Under the pieces are notes generated by a model. The model had not been told where the DNA came from, ran no database searches, and saw nothing but the letters and a program-made list of their open reading frames with translations. A DNA stretch of 64,000 bases from Candidatus Dojkabacteria bacterium (lineage in GTDB: Bacteria; Patescibacteriota; Dojkabacteria; J137). Location: contig JAUZRK010000014.1 in NCBI GenBank assembly GCA_030950485.1, forward strand, positions 2,431 through 66,430, read 5' to 3'. Numbering within the stretch: the first letter of the stretch is position 1; each line of letters opens with the position of its first letter. The position numbers and the translations under genes are program-made. This document shows, one piece after another, positions 31,336-40,900 of the stretch.

Positions 31336-32229
31336 ATGCCCGAACTAATTGAACAATTAGATTTTCATGATCAAGAAGAACCAGTATTTAATTCTGACAC
31401 TGGTATTTACGAAAATGATGAGATCACTGGAGAATATCCTATAGCTATAGACGCAATAATGCTTGATCTTAACCTTATGTATTCTAACCCGGATAGTGAT
31501 AACTACTCTGGTGAAGTTAAAATGATGGTTTTATTATCAGAAGAAAGTCCAAACGATTATACTGAAACAAAGCTCAAGTTCAGATATTCATCCGATCCTA
31601 GAGTTCAAAGACATTCAGACTTACTAAATACTGACGAACAACAATTATTCCAAATAACATTAAAAAATGGAGAACTAAACGGAGATAGAGTACTTGAGCT
31701 ACATATAAATGTTGTTAACCCTAATATAAAAGATTTAACTGTAGTAATACAAGCTTTTACTATGAATATAATTAGATCTTCAACTTTATCTGAGGTGCCA
31801 TGTGTCGTCCATATTAGTACTGCAGCATCTACCAGTGTAAAATCAATATTATATAAAGATCCAAAGCGTATACCTCCAAATTCGTCTGCAAGGTTCTTAG
31901 CAAATCAAACAATTAAAACCTGTATGGAACTTGGTAAAGTTAAGACAAGTATATTTAATGAAAACCATAGAGCCTATGTATATGATTTAACTAGAGGATT
32001 ATTATTTTCCGCTCCAGCACATGCTAATATCTTTTCTAATCCATATCTTGATTTTGATGGTAGTACTGAGGTAATGCCAATCAGAACTTATATAACTCAG
32101 TCAGGTGAAAGAATTATCTCTATTTTTCCAGGTACATTCGAAAATATGAGTATAGAGGATGTAGAAGATACACTACAGAATTTTACTAGAATACTGTTAC
32201 AACAAAAATTAAAAAATAAAAATATATGA
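31336..32229 (+). CDS. Hypothetical protein
   Basis: 297-aa ORF, no recognisable family. Confidence 0.35.
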   Translation: MPELIEQLDFHDQEEPVFNSDTGIYENDEITGEYPIAIDAIMLDLNLMYSNPDSDNYSGEVKMMVLLSEESPNDYTETKLKFRYSSDPRVQRHSDLLNTDEQQLFQITLKNGELNGDRVLELHINVVNPNIKDLTVVIQAFTMNIIRSSTLSEVPCVVHISTAASTSVKSILYKDPKRIPPNSSARFLANQTIKTCMELGKVKTSIFNENHRAYVYDLTRGLLFSAPAHANIFSNPYLDFDGSTEVMPIRTYITQSGERIISIFPGTFENMSIEDVEDTLQNFTRILLQQKLKNKNI

Positions 32230-32278
32230 ATTGTGTATAAACTACCTGGTGAAACAAATTTAACTTCAAAAAACTTAA

Positions 32279-32623
32279 GTGAATTTTACTAAAATTAGTG
32301 ATTATCTAAATAATTCTAGAACAGGAGGAAGCTCATATAGATTTGAGACAAATCAAGATAAAGACAAAGTGTCAGAAACAATCTTAGCTTACAGAATTCA
32401 CTTTGTAGGTATCAAAGTAAGAGAAGTTAACGATATAGATGATAAGCTCGAAAATTCATCTAAACTTAGGAATGAAGCTACACTTGGTTTATTTAAATAC
32501 GTTTCAGACTGCGAAAAACAATATAAAGAGGAGGGAATTTGGGGGGCTAGCGAGTTTAAATCAGAAACAGCTGATCTACTGAGAGACAATAATATTATTC
32601 CCCTAGAGGAATTAGAGTCATAG
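32279..32623 (+). CDS. Hypothetical protein
   Basis: 114-aa ORF. Confidence 0.3.
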   Translation: MNFTKISDYLNNSRTGGSSYRFETNQDKDKVSETILAYRIHFVGIKVREVNDIDDKLENSSKLRNEATLGLFKYVSDCEKQYKEEGIWGASEFKSETADLLRDNNIIPLEELES

Positions 32624-32728
32624 TAACTATTTTTCTCTAAATAAAGAAAAAAACATAAAACCAAAAGAATAATTCATTTAAAATCTTTTCAACTAAATAT
32701 AACTACCTGACAAAACCTTTGTCAGATA

Positions 32729-33625
32729 TTGCCACGTCTTATTATCTATCCAGTTATAAAACATTATATGAGTACTGTAAAAAAAGTAATTCTAAATTCA
32801 GGTATAGAAGTTTACCTCAGAGGTGAGATAAACAATCCAGGAAAAATAAAAATATTTGTTCACGGATTTGGTTCAAACGAGACAGGAGGATCGCTTGTTT
32901 CTAAAATGTATCCTGGTGGATTTTCTCCAGAGCTTGCTAATCAAGATGAGGCAAATTTAGTAGTAAGCTTTAATGCTTGTAACGTAACTCATGAACTAAC
33001 AGCTTTTGGAGATAGAGAAGTTCAGAGATTCCCATCGCTTAGTGAGTATGCTGAAATGTTAAATTCAGTAATTAGCGAAGTATCTCAAAGTTATTCTGAT
33101 TTAGATATACATTTAATTGGACATAGTTTAGGAACATTAGCAATTTTAAAACTAATGTCAGAACTAGAATCTGATATTCCAGCTATAAGTAGAATAAGTC
33201 TACTTGCTCTACCTGTTGATGCCTCTCCTGAAAGAATGAGAAGGACATATGAAAGCGGGGGGAGAATGATAAAAGTAGGAGATGAATACCATATCTTAAG
33301 AACAGATGGCTCTGTCACAATCGTAACTGAAGATTTTTGGAAGGATCAAGAGAAAATAAATGTACTAGACTCTGCTGAGATTTTAACTAAGAGGTTTGCT
33401 GAAAATCTTGAAGTAATAGTTGCAAGTAAAGATACGGTTCTTTTCCCAGAGCAAGGTTTCGTAGAAGAGAGATATAGCGAATTATATTCTCCTTTATTAG
33501 ATGTGCTCGATTATAATGGAGCTCACTTTGGAGTGATTAATATGAATCCTGAAACAGAGAATGGTCACGACTTTATAGATGAAGTTGATTCAGTTGCTGT
33601 TCTAAGTCATTTATCTAATAAATAA
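32729..33625 (+). CDS. Alpha/beta-fold hydrolase
   Basis: Nucleophile elbow IGHSLGT. Overall alpha/beta hydrolase pattern. Confidence 0.5.
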   Translation: MPRLIIYPVIKHYMSTVKKVILNSGIEVYLRGEINNPGKIKIFVHGFGSNETGGSLVSKMYPGGFSPELANQDEANLVVSFNACNVTHELTAFGDREVQRFPSLSEYAEMLNSVISEVSQSYSDLDIHLIGHSLGTLAILKLMSELESDIPAISRISLLALPVDASPERMRRTYESGGRMIKVGDEYHILRTDGSVTIVTEDFWKDQEKINVLDSAEILTKRFAENLEVIVASKDTVLFPEQGFVEERYSELYSPLLDVLDYNGAHFGVINMNPETENGHDFIDEVDSVAVLSHLSNK

Positions 33626-33642
33626 TATTACTTCCTTAAAAT

Positions 33643-34372
33643 ATGAAAAATAAAACAATATTACTTTGTGGTGGAAATGGTGAGTTAGCTAGAACTTATT
33701 ATAAAACCCAATCCAGATAATCATTTTATTCTAGTTGATATAGATAAAGAACCGCATTCAGATAGTAAATACTTGAGTAACTTTAGTTTTATCCAAGCAG
33801 ATATTACTAACGGTGAGGAGTTAGAAAAGAGAATCAAAGGTAATATTTCTAACTTAAAAATTGATAGTATTTTACTAACTCCAGCCTATAACTCTCATCG
33901 ATTACTCAAAGATACTGCATATGACGAAATCAAGACAGCAATTGACCGTAAAGCTATAGGATTCATTAACTTAGTAAAATCGGTTCTAAACCATTTGAAT
34001 TCAGGTGCATCAGTAGTATTTATAGGATCAGTCCATAGCCTAAGCACAAAGGATAATTCGTGTGTATCATACTCAGCTGCGAATGGTGCAGTAATTTCCT
34101 CAGTAATTAACTTAGCTATTGAATTTAAACATTTGTATAGATTCAATGTAATTTCACCAGGAGGGTTCGTAACTGAAAACTATAAAAATACATACTTAGA
34201 TTGGAAAGATAAACTAAGAAAAAAGACTGCATTTCCGATTGATAGTATAATAAATACAATTGAATTTTTATTTAGTGATATGAGCTATGGTATTTCTGCT
34301 CAAAATATAATAGTAGATGGAGGGCGATCAGTTATGAGATGTAGCGCTGCAGATTGGGAGCTTAAAGTATAA
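33643..34372 (+). pseudogene. Short-chain dehydrogenase/reductase (SDR) with a frameshift near 33700-33715
   Basis: ATG 33643 frame encodes MKNKTILLCGGNGELARTYYKTQSR*. The +1 frame continues NPDNHFILVDIDKEP...(ORF 33773..34372) with the catalytic region. Removing one base in the aaaaccc run restores ...YYKTNPDNHFILVDID. Confidence 0.5.
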
Positions 34373-34518
34373 CTAAAAAAGTGCTGATGGAAATAGCTTA
34401 GAAGCTTTTTATAAGCCCTCAACGAAGAGTCGAAATTTTTACTGTAATTATTCTGTATTAATTTAGTTGACCAATACATCTTAGCTATAATAAGTATATA
34501 GCAACTATGACTTAGAAG

Positions 34519-35199
34519 ATGCCTGTTCTATATTCTACAAATGGGAATACCCATAATAATTCCCAAGACGAAAGTAAATATATACTACAAGAGGATACGC
34601 CCGAACAATCTGTTCAACTTATAACTGCACATCTAGACAATTTAAGTGAACAGGGAGTTCCAGTTACAACTCTTTTACACCACCTTACAAATGATATTGG
34701 CAGAATTGCAGTAATTATTACAGGTTCTAACTCGGAATTACAATCTAGTGATAAAAAAATAGCTTTGAATCCAGAACGAGTAAGGGTAATACTAAATGCT
34801 GTAGAAGCAAATAAAAAAAGATATTCTTACCTAGATGAAATTCAAGACTATGCTGGTACGAGCGATTCAACTGTAAACGCGTGGAGAGAATGTTCAACTC
34901 TTGCTCATACCTATCCGTTTATCGTAGCGCCTGGACATACTATGAGAATAATACCTTTTAATATCGTTACCGATGAAGCTGTACTTCTCGATAATATATG
35001 TAGCGGAACTGCAATTGGTAGACACTGCTCAGAGATAGCTAGAAACAAAAATAATCCTGACTATGAAGGCTATTATAGGTTACTAGACTGGATAAGAATT
35101 AGTGAAATCTTTGAGCAAAATACAGACCTATTTTCTGAGTTACCGGAACTTGGTTTTCAAGTTATGAAGTTTAGTGAATTAAATGCAAAGTCAATTTAA
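34519..35199 (+). CDS. Hypothetical protein. It may continue through two in-frame TAA codons to 35445.
   Basis: 226-aa ORF. Same-frame downstream sequence IKGEYPYTWIE*PVEVGTNPDFIWFIKNEKLIDFNPRVAGRGNEKQQAIEREVEKLRLIQRYAPEFDLAINDAELWPISSK has no start codon of its own. Confidence 0.35.
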   Translation: MPVLYSTNGNTHNNSQDESKYILQEDTPEQSVQLITAHLDNLSEQGVPVTTLLHHLTNDIGRIAVIITGSNSELQSSDKKIALNPERVRVILNAVEANKKRYSYLDEIQDYAGTSDSTVNAWRECSTLAHTYPFIVAPGHTMRIIPFNIVTDEAVLLDNICSGTAIGRHCSEIARNKNNPDYEGYYRLLDWIRISEIFEQNTDLFSELPELGFQVMKFSELNAKSI

Positions 35200-35580
35200 A
35201 TTAAAGGAGAATATCCATATACATGGATCGAATAACCAGTTGAAGTAGGCACAAATCCTGATTTCATTTGGTTTATAAAGAATGAAAAGTTAATTGACTT
35301 CAATCCTAGAGTTGCTGGGAGAGGAAATGAAAAACAACAGGCAATAGAGAGGGAAGTCGAAAAGCTTAGATTAATTCAACGATATGCTCCTGAATTTGAC
35401 CTCGCAATAAATGACGCTGAGCTTTGGCCAATAAGTAGTAAATAAAGCTCGAATATTCCGACTCAATTCTTATACTTTCAATTCCCGTTTAATTGAAATG
35501 TAAGTTTTATAGTATACTTTTATCTAGAAAAATAAATAAAATAGAATTTTTGTTTAGCGAGAAAAGTATTAAAATAAGTT

Positions 35581-36570
35581 ATGAATGATGATTTAGGTTT
35601 TCAGCTCTTACTTTACATTAAGGATAATGGAGCACATACAGCTACAGAACTATCAGAGGTTTTTAATATAAAGAGGACTACTCTTCTCTATCAGCTTAAT
35701 TTTCTAATTGAAAAAAAACTAGTCGATAAAGAAAAAAAAGGAAGAGAAGTATATTTTAAAATTAATTCATTAAGCTCAATAGAGAGTTACTTTAGAGACA
35801 AAATTGATATTCTAAACAGTCAGTTAGATAAACTTGTACTAGATACTACTAAACTAAATCGAAAGCTTGTAGTTATTGCTGATGATTTTGGACTTACAAA
35901 ATCCATTAGTGATGGATGCCTTGTTGCTTATAACTCAGGTATTATAAGTGAATTAGCTCTTATTCTAAACTCTAATGGAACAAAATATGCTTTGGATAAA
36001 ATTATAGAAGCAAATATTAGAAACGTTGGACTAAATTTTGAGTATGAGTTTGCAAATAATGAACATATATCGCAAACCGAAGCTATTAATTCTATAAAAT
36101 CAGGTATCTTTAATTTTCAAAAAGATGTTGGTTTTAAGCCATCAAGTATTTATCTAGCCAAAGAGCTCTATTTAAGGTTAGAGATATTGGAGGAAATTGC
36201 TAATTATTGTAAAGAAAACTCAATTTCTTTACGTTTACCAAAAATTATCAATCAAAATAAAAGTGAAAATTACGCCGCAGAGGTAATGATGAACCGAGTC
36301 GGCGTTAAAACTACAGACTTTAATACAACATTCGAAAAGACATTCTCTATTTATAAACTTAAAAATAATATTCTTAACATTCTAAACAATATTGAAGAAA
36401 ATAAGAGTCTAGAAATAAATCTATCTCCAGGCTTTATCGACAGAGAAACCGTGGAATTAGTAGATCAGATTATAGATAGAGGAAAACATTTAGTAATATC
36501 TATTGATAATGAATTAGAAGAAGAGATTAAGAAATTAAATTACCAGATTGTATCATTTAACCAGCTATGA
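35581..36570 (+). CDS. wHTH regulator domain fused to YdjC/ChbG-like carbohydrate deacetylase domain
   Basis: N-terminal HTH (TELSEVFNIKRTTLLYQLNFL) and YdjC-type motif VVIADDFGLTKSISDG. Confidence 0.5.
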   Translation: MNDDLGFQLLLYIKDNGAHTATELSEVFNIKRTTLLYQLNFLIEKKLVDKEKKGREVYFKINSLSSIESYFRDKIDILNSQLDKLVLDTTKLNRKLVVIADDFGLTKSISDGCLVAYNSGIISELALILNSNGTKYALDKIIEANIRNVGLNFEYEFANNEHISQTEAINSIKSGIFNFQKDVGFKPSSIYLAKELYLRLEILEEIANYCKENSISLRLPKIINQNKSENYAAEVMMNRVGVKTTDFNTTFEKTFSIYKLKNNILNILNNIEENKSLEINLSPGFIDRETVELVDQIIDRGKHLVISIDNELEEEIKKLNYQIVSFNQL

Positions 36571-37379
36571 AGAAGAAAGTTATAGTAACAGCCTCCGATT
36601 TTGGGCTTACTAAGCCTGTTAATGAAGGAATTAAATGGATAATACACAATCCCAATAATATCCTTACTGAACTTTCTCTAGTAGTTAACGCTCCTGGAAG
36701 TGAACACGCAGCTGAAATGGCAAAAACTTTGAACGTAAATGTCGGAACCTGTTTTAACTTAACTAGATTTAAGCCAATTAGCGATCAAGTTGCTACTCTT
36801 ACAAAGGAGAATGGAGAATTTTACAAACCTGATTTAGGTAAGTGGGATTTTAGTTTTATAGAAAAATTTAAAGAAGAAGAAATTAAAAGAGAATTAGAAG
36901 CGCAGTATAAATGGTTCTTAGAAAAAGTTAATAAAAAGCCAACGTCTATAAGATTTAGGAAAAATGAAAATGGAGATCCTAAAATCTTAAAACCTGTTGC
37001 CGAGATCGCTAAACGAGAAGATATAGCAATGGCAACTCCAGTTTGGATATGGCGGGAGAACTTCTCTGCACATAACTTTGCTAAAGAAAAAGGGGTTAAA
37101 CTTACTGATCATGTAATTATTACCTCACCCGGATGGGCGCATGAAAATCATTCAATAGCGGTCGATATTACAAAGACTGATAAGCTTGTAGAAACTATAA
37201 ATCAAAATAATGGTATTAGCGAGGTAGTTATTATTGCTGGCTTTTTAGATAAAGAGCTATTAGAAATTACAAAGACACTAAATTGGCAGAGATTGATTCC
37301 AATTGAAGTAATAAAAAACGGCGAGCTTAGTAGCAGACTCAAAGATGAGTTTGAACTGATAAGTTTTAGTGATTTATGA
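36567..37379 (+). CDS. YdjC/ChbG-like carbohydrate deacetylase
   Basis: VIVTASDFGLTKPVNEGI motif. 4-nt ATGA overlap with the upstream paralogue. Confidence 0.5.
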   Translation: MKKKVIVTASDFGLTKPVNEGIKWIIHNPNNILTELSLVVNAPGSEHAAEMAKTLNVNVGTCFNLTRFKPISDQVATLTKENGEFYKPDLGKWDFSFIEKFKEEEIKRELEAQYKWFLEKVNKKPTSIRFRKNENGDPKILKPVAEIAKREDIAMATPVWIWRENFSAHNFAKEKGVKLTDHVIITSPGWAHENHSIAVDITKTDKLVETINQNNGISEVVIIAGFLDKELLEITKTLNWQRLIPIEVIKNGELSSRLKDEFELISFSDL

Positions 37380-37401
37380 TAAATAGAAATTAACTTATTG
37401 A

Positions 37402-38646
37402 TTAGCTCTTTTCCTCCCAAACCTTACAAATCTCAACAACCGTCCTCATAGAATCAAACATATCCTGCAAAGAAATATATTCCTGCTTACCATGATAATT
37501 TTGTTGCCCAGTGAAAAGCTTAGGGCAAGGCAAACCTTTATGCGTTAAAGTAGCGCCATCAGTTCCCCCTCGAATTGGTTTCGTAATAACTTCTATGCCC
37601 AATCTGTCCATCGCCTCTTTAGCATAATCTACAACCTTAATATGATTTTTGATTACTTCATTCATACTTTTATATTGCTCATTAAACTCAACCTCAAATT
37701 TAGCTCCAAATTGATCAGCAGCTTTTTTAGCAAGTGTATTAATAATTTCCTTGTAATCATTTATCTTCTCTAATTCAAAATCTCTAAGAATAAATGTAAT
37801 ACTCGCCTCTTCATTTCCTGAATTCATAGTTATTGGATGAATGAAACCTTTATACCCATCTGTATGTTCAGGTGAATGTTCATCAGGTAGAAGTGTCACA
37901 AAATATGAAAGAGCTTTTATTGCATTAATCATTTTATCCTTAGCGTAACCAGGGTGAATAGCCTTTCCAAAAAATTTAACTTTAGCACCGTAAGCATTAA
38001 AATTTTCAAACTCTATTTCGCCCTTTACGGATCCATCTAAAGTATATCCATAATCAGCTCCGAACTTCTCTACATCAAAAAACTTAGTACCAGTTCCAAC
38101 TTCCTCATCAGGATTAAATAAAACTTTTATATCACCATGTTTAATTTCCGGATGATTAATTAAATAATCAATTGCAGACATTACTACAGCCACTCCAGAT
38201 TTATCATCTGCTCCAAGCAATGTTGTACCATCAGTAGTGACAATATCGTGTCCTACTAGATTCTTTAGATATGGATTGCTTTCTACTTTGATCACCTGAG
38301 TAGCATCATTTATAAGCTGAATATCTGAGCCATCATAATTCTCTATAAGTTGAGGATTTACTTTTTTACCTGTAACTTCAGTTGCAGTGTCGACATGAGA
38401 TACGAAAGCTAAAACTGGAACATTCTTTTCTGTGTTAGATTTTAGTATCGCAGTAACATACCCATATTCATCTATTTTTGTATCATCTAAACCAAGTTCA
38501 TTTAACTCATTTTTCAAATCGTTCAATAATACAAGCTCCTTTTCAGTACTTGGGTAAGTTTCAGAGTCTGGATCAGACTGCGTATCGTATTTTACGTATT
38601 TGAGAAACCTTGTTTTGATTTTGTCGAGATACTTTTTATTATCCAT
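37402..38646 (-). CDS. pepT: Peptidase T-like M20 metallopeptidase (tripeptide aminopeptidase)
   Basis: N-terminus MDNKKYLDKIKTRFLKYVKYDTQSDPDS...PSTEKE matches PepT. M20 metal-binding His/Asp/Glu pattern (VSHVDT, DDKSG, EE). Confidence 0.75.
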   Translation of the reverse strand: MDNKKYLDKIKTRFLKYVKYDTQSDPDSETYPSTEKELVLLNDLKNELNELGLDDTKIDEYGYVTAILKSNTEKNVPVLAFVSHVDTATEVTGKKVNPQLIENYDGSDIQLINDATQVIKVESNPYLKNLVGHDIVTTDGTTLLGADDKSGVAVVMSAIDYLINHPEIKHGDIKVLFNPDEEVGTGTKFFDVEKFGADYGYTLDGSVKGEIEFENFNAYGAKVKFFGKAIHPGYAKDKMINAIKALSYFVTLLPDEHSPEHTDGYKGFIHPITMNSGNEEASITFILRDFELEKINDYKEIINTLAKKAADQFGAKFEVEFNEQYKSMNEVIKNHIKVVDYAKEAMDRLGIEVITKPIRGGTDGATLTHKGLPCPKLFTGQQNYHGKQEYISLQDMFDSMRTVVEICKVWEEKS

Positions 38647-38683
38647 TTGAATTTCTTTAAGTATTTAAATTTTATCAGATTTT

Positions 38684-38754
38684 ATTATAGTTAGAGTTTA
38701 TATATTTCTCTTGGTTTGTGTCCCTCCCCCAATCACTCCCAGGAGGGGAGAAAC
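38684..38754. repeat. GC-rich hairpin repeat B copy 1, including a degraded copy of the DUF559 5' end
   Basis: ~80% identical to 39423-39495. Core tttgtgtccctcccc..ctcccaggagggg. Rev-comp of 38684-38712 reads EKYINSNYNK, a decayed copy of the DUF559 N-terminus MKYKNSKYNK. Confidence 0.6.
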
Positions 38755-38824
38755 AAAATAATTCATTTTTATTTAGTTTTATTTACTTAATTATTATATA
38801 TTTAATTTTAAACTAATATGCTTG

Positions 38825-38869
38825 CTCTGCCTTATCCCTCTCCTGAGAGAGTAATAGTGTGAGGTATTC
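38825..38869. repeat. GC-rich hairpin repeat A copy 1
   Basis: ctctgccttatccctctcctgagagagtaatagtgtgagg shares the ctctgc(c)ttat(t)ccctctcctg(r)gaga... core with copies at 38945 and 39631. Confidence 0.55.
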
Positions 38870-38944
38870 TCAGGGCCAAGACTAATACAATTTTGGAGAC
38901 CTCCCTATCGATAGACGTCTAATTCAAGAGTAGGAAGAATTCCA

Positions 38945-38990
38945 CTCTGCTTATTCCCTCTCCTGGGAGAGGGTTAGGGTGAGGGACTAC
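38945..38990. repeat. GC-rich hairpin repeat A copy 2 (perfect 7-bp GC stem ccctctc/gagaggg)
   Basis: ctctgcttattccctctcctgggagagggttagggtgagggactac. Confidence 0.55.
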
Positions 38991-39065
38991 ACAAGCTTTA
39001 ATCATACGCTAATCTTTAAGCAAACCAACCCAACATATATTTAGGTGAGGAACTAGTGCTACATA

Positions 39066-39449
39066 TCACTCACTTACACCATCCCAAACTCCGTCTATAA
39101 AATTCTTAATAGACTGTAAAACATCATCTACAGAGCTGACAACTTGAAACTCTGTAAATCTAAGCATCTTATAACCAATTTCACTTAGTCTTTTCTCCCT
39201 TCCTCTATCATATTCATATTTATTATCATCATGACTGGCTCCATCTATTTCTATAATAAAATTATACTCCTTACAGAAAAAATCAACTATATACTTATCT
39301 ATGGCCCTCTGTCTATAAAATTTAAAGTTATTCAACTGCCTATTTCGTAATTTACTCCATAACTTAATTTCTGCTGGTGTTTGTTTTTGTCTATTTTTTC
39401 TTGAAAATATTTTTAGATTTTTATTATACTTAGAGTTTTTATATTTCAT
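39066..39449 (-). CDS. DUF559 (Vsr-like) endonuclease-domain protein, small selfish-element-type ORF
   Basis: 127 aa. IVDFFCKEYNFIIEIDGASHDDNKYEYDRGREKRLSEIGYKMLRF matches the DUF559 fold. Embedded in a GC-rich repeat island. Confidence 0.55.
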   Translation of the reverse strand: MKYKNSKYNKNLKIFSRKNRQKQTPAEIKLWSKLRNRQLNNFKFYRQRAIDKYIVDFFCKEYNFIIEIDGASHDDNKYEYDRGREKRLSEIGYKMLRFTEFQVVSSVDDVLQSIKNFIDGVWDGVSE

Positions 39450-39495
39450 TTAGTTTGTGTCCCTCCCCTAACCCCTCCCAGGAGGGGGATAAAAC
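39423..39495. repeat. GC-rich hairpin repeat B copy 2, forming the 5' UTR and start of the DUF559 gene
   Basis: agtttgtgtccctcccctaacccctcccaggagggggataaaac. On the coding (minus) strand the GGAGGG lies ~13 nt upstream of the ATG inside a GC hairpin. Confidence 0.6.
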
Positions 39496-39630
39496 AAGAA
39501 CATATTTTTAGTTTTTAATATTCAATAATCTCTCCGAGCACTAATAATCAATAATAACATTATATTTGTTGAGTCTTAATTACATAAGAAACGCTAGTGA
39601 CCCTCACAGTAGAAATCTAAACTAACTTCC

Positions 39631-39674
39631 TGCATTGTTTTCCCTCTCCTGAGAGGGCAAGGGTAAGGGACTAG
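39631..39674. repeat. GC-rich hairpin repeat A copy 3
   Basis: tgcattgttttccctctcctgagagggcaagggtaagggactag. Confidence 0.55.
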
Positions 39675-39697
39675 TGGTTTAGCCTTAGATCAAACCG

Positions 39698-40450
39698 CTA
39701 AGCTTCTACAAACAAAAGCCCATACATAATTCCTATACCAATTAGTACAAATAAGACTTGTAGTAAGTTCTTTTTAAAATCAGATTCGTGTTTTATTTCA
39801 GGAAATAAATCAGCAATAGCAATGTAAAGAAAAGAACCAGCTGCAAAAGCTAGTAAGTAATTAGCACTTCCCTCTAATTTTGAATCAGAGAAGTAAGCAA
39901 GTAAGGCGCCTACAATAGCAAAGAGTGCCGATACAAAATTAAAAAATACTGCTTTAGATCTACTAAATCCAGAGTGCACTAAAACGCCGAAATCACCTAT
40001 CTCCTGTGGAATTTCATGCGCTATTACAGCTATTGTTGTCGCAATACCTATTTCTGTACTTGCGGTAAAGCTCGCAGCGATTATCATTCCGTCAATAAAA
40101 TTATGAAGTCCGTCAGCTATTAAATTATTGACTGCTACAGGGTGAGGATGATCTGTTGTAGTTTCATTATGGCAGTGATGCCAATGTAACAACTTCTCTA
40201 AACTTAAAAACGAAACTATTCCAAATAGCATCATCAACGCAATCTCCTTTTTAAATTCTCCGTCAGTCTCTACTATTTCTGGAATAATATGAAAAAATAC
40301 ATCTCCTATTAAACTTCCAGCAGCTAAACTAACTAAAAAAATTATTATTTTATTTAAAAACTTATGGGAAAGAGATAAGGTTAATGCTCCAACGAGAGAT
40401 ATAGAGCTAACTATAAATGTCACTAAGATTATTTGAAGAAATGTACCCAT
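39698..40450 (-). CDS. zupT: ZIP-family metal transporter (ZupT-like)
   Basis: HEIPQEIGDFGVLVHSGFS signature, His-rich loop HWHHCHNETTTDHPHP, ~8 TM helices. Confidence 0.75.
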   Translation of the reverse strand: MGTFLQIILVTFIVSSISLVGALTLSLSHKFLNKIIIFLVSLAAGSLIGDVFFHIIPEIVETDGEFKKEIALMMLFGIVSFLSLEKLLHWHHCHNETTTDHPHPVAVNNLIADGLHNFIDGMIIAASFTASTEIGIATTIAVIAHEIPQEIGDFGVLVHSGFSRSKAVFFNFVSALFAIVGALLAYFSDSKLEGSANYLLAFAAGSFLYIAIADLFPEIKHESDFKKNLLQVLFVLIGIGIMYGLLFVEA

Positions 40451-40471
40451 TTATAAATTTAAAAATCTAAG

Positions 40472-40783
40472 TTATGAACAATCGGAACATATTCCTGTTA
40501 AATTAGTAACTTCAGAAAAATTTTTTATTTTAATCTTCTTTTGTATAGTTTCAACATGACCACAAGATTCACATATCAAGTGTTGATGATCATCAAGTGA
40601 TGAAAGTTCATAAAAAGTTTCTTTAGAATTTGTAAAAACCTCTTTAATAATATTATCTCTCTCTAATCTTTTTAAGTTTCGATAAATAACTGACTTTTCA
40701 ATTTCGGGCAAGATATCTATTAAGTTATTTAAAGAGAGTAAGTGATTATTATTAAATTGTTTTAGTATTTTATCTTTATTCAT
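40472..40783 (-). CDS. Fur-family metalloregulator, probably Zur (adjacent to zupT). Start taken at ATG 40781-40783.
   Basis: Short Fur-like protein with wHTH (SVIYRNLKRLERDNIIKEV), an HQH..CESCGH metal site and a C-terminal CSDC. Confidence 0.55.
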   Translation of the reverse strand: MNKDKILKQFNNNHLLSLNNLIDILPEIEKSVIYRNLKRLERDNIIKEVFTNSKETFYELSSLDDHQHLICESCGHVETIQKKIKIKNFSEVTNLTGICSDCS

Positions 40784-40786
40784 ATG

Positions 40787-40824
40787 CAAGTTAGTTGCAT
40801 TTTAGCTCAACCGCAACTAAGTTG
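40787..40824. promoter_or_regulatory. 12-bp near-perfect inverted repeat (caagttagttgc N14 gcaactaagttg) in the divergent promoter region; candidate operator
   Basis: Read directly, 11/12 complementarity. Overlaps a -35 TTGTCA (40822-27) / -10 TATAAT (40846-51) promoter for the + strand gene and lies 4 nt upstream of the fur-like ATG. Confidence 0.45.
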
Positions 40825-40900
40825 TCAATTTAATTGTCACTATTGCTATAATGTAGCGTCTATTTAGATTATAAATAGCTAAATTATTAAATAACTATAA

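Noticed and set aside
38647-39697. CRISPR array
   Set aside because: The repeats are GC-rich hairpins of two different families with irregular spacing (70-600 nt). There are no uniform unique spacers and one copy overlaps a gene start.
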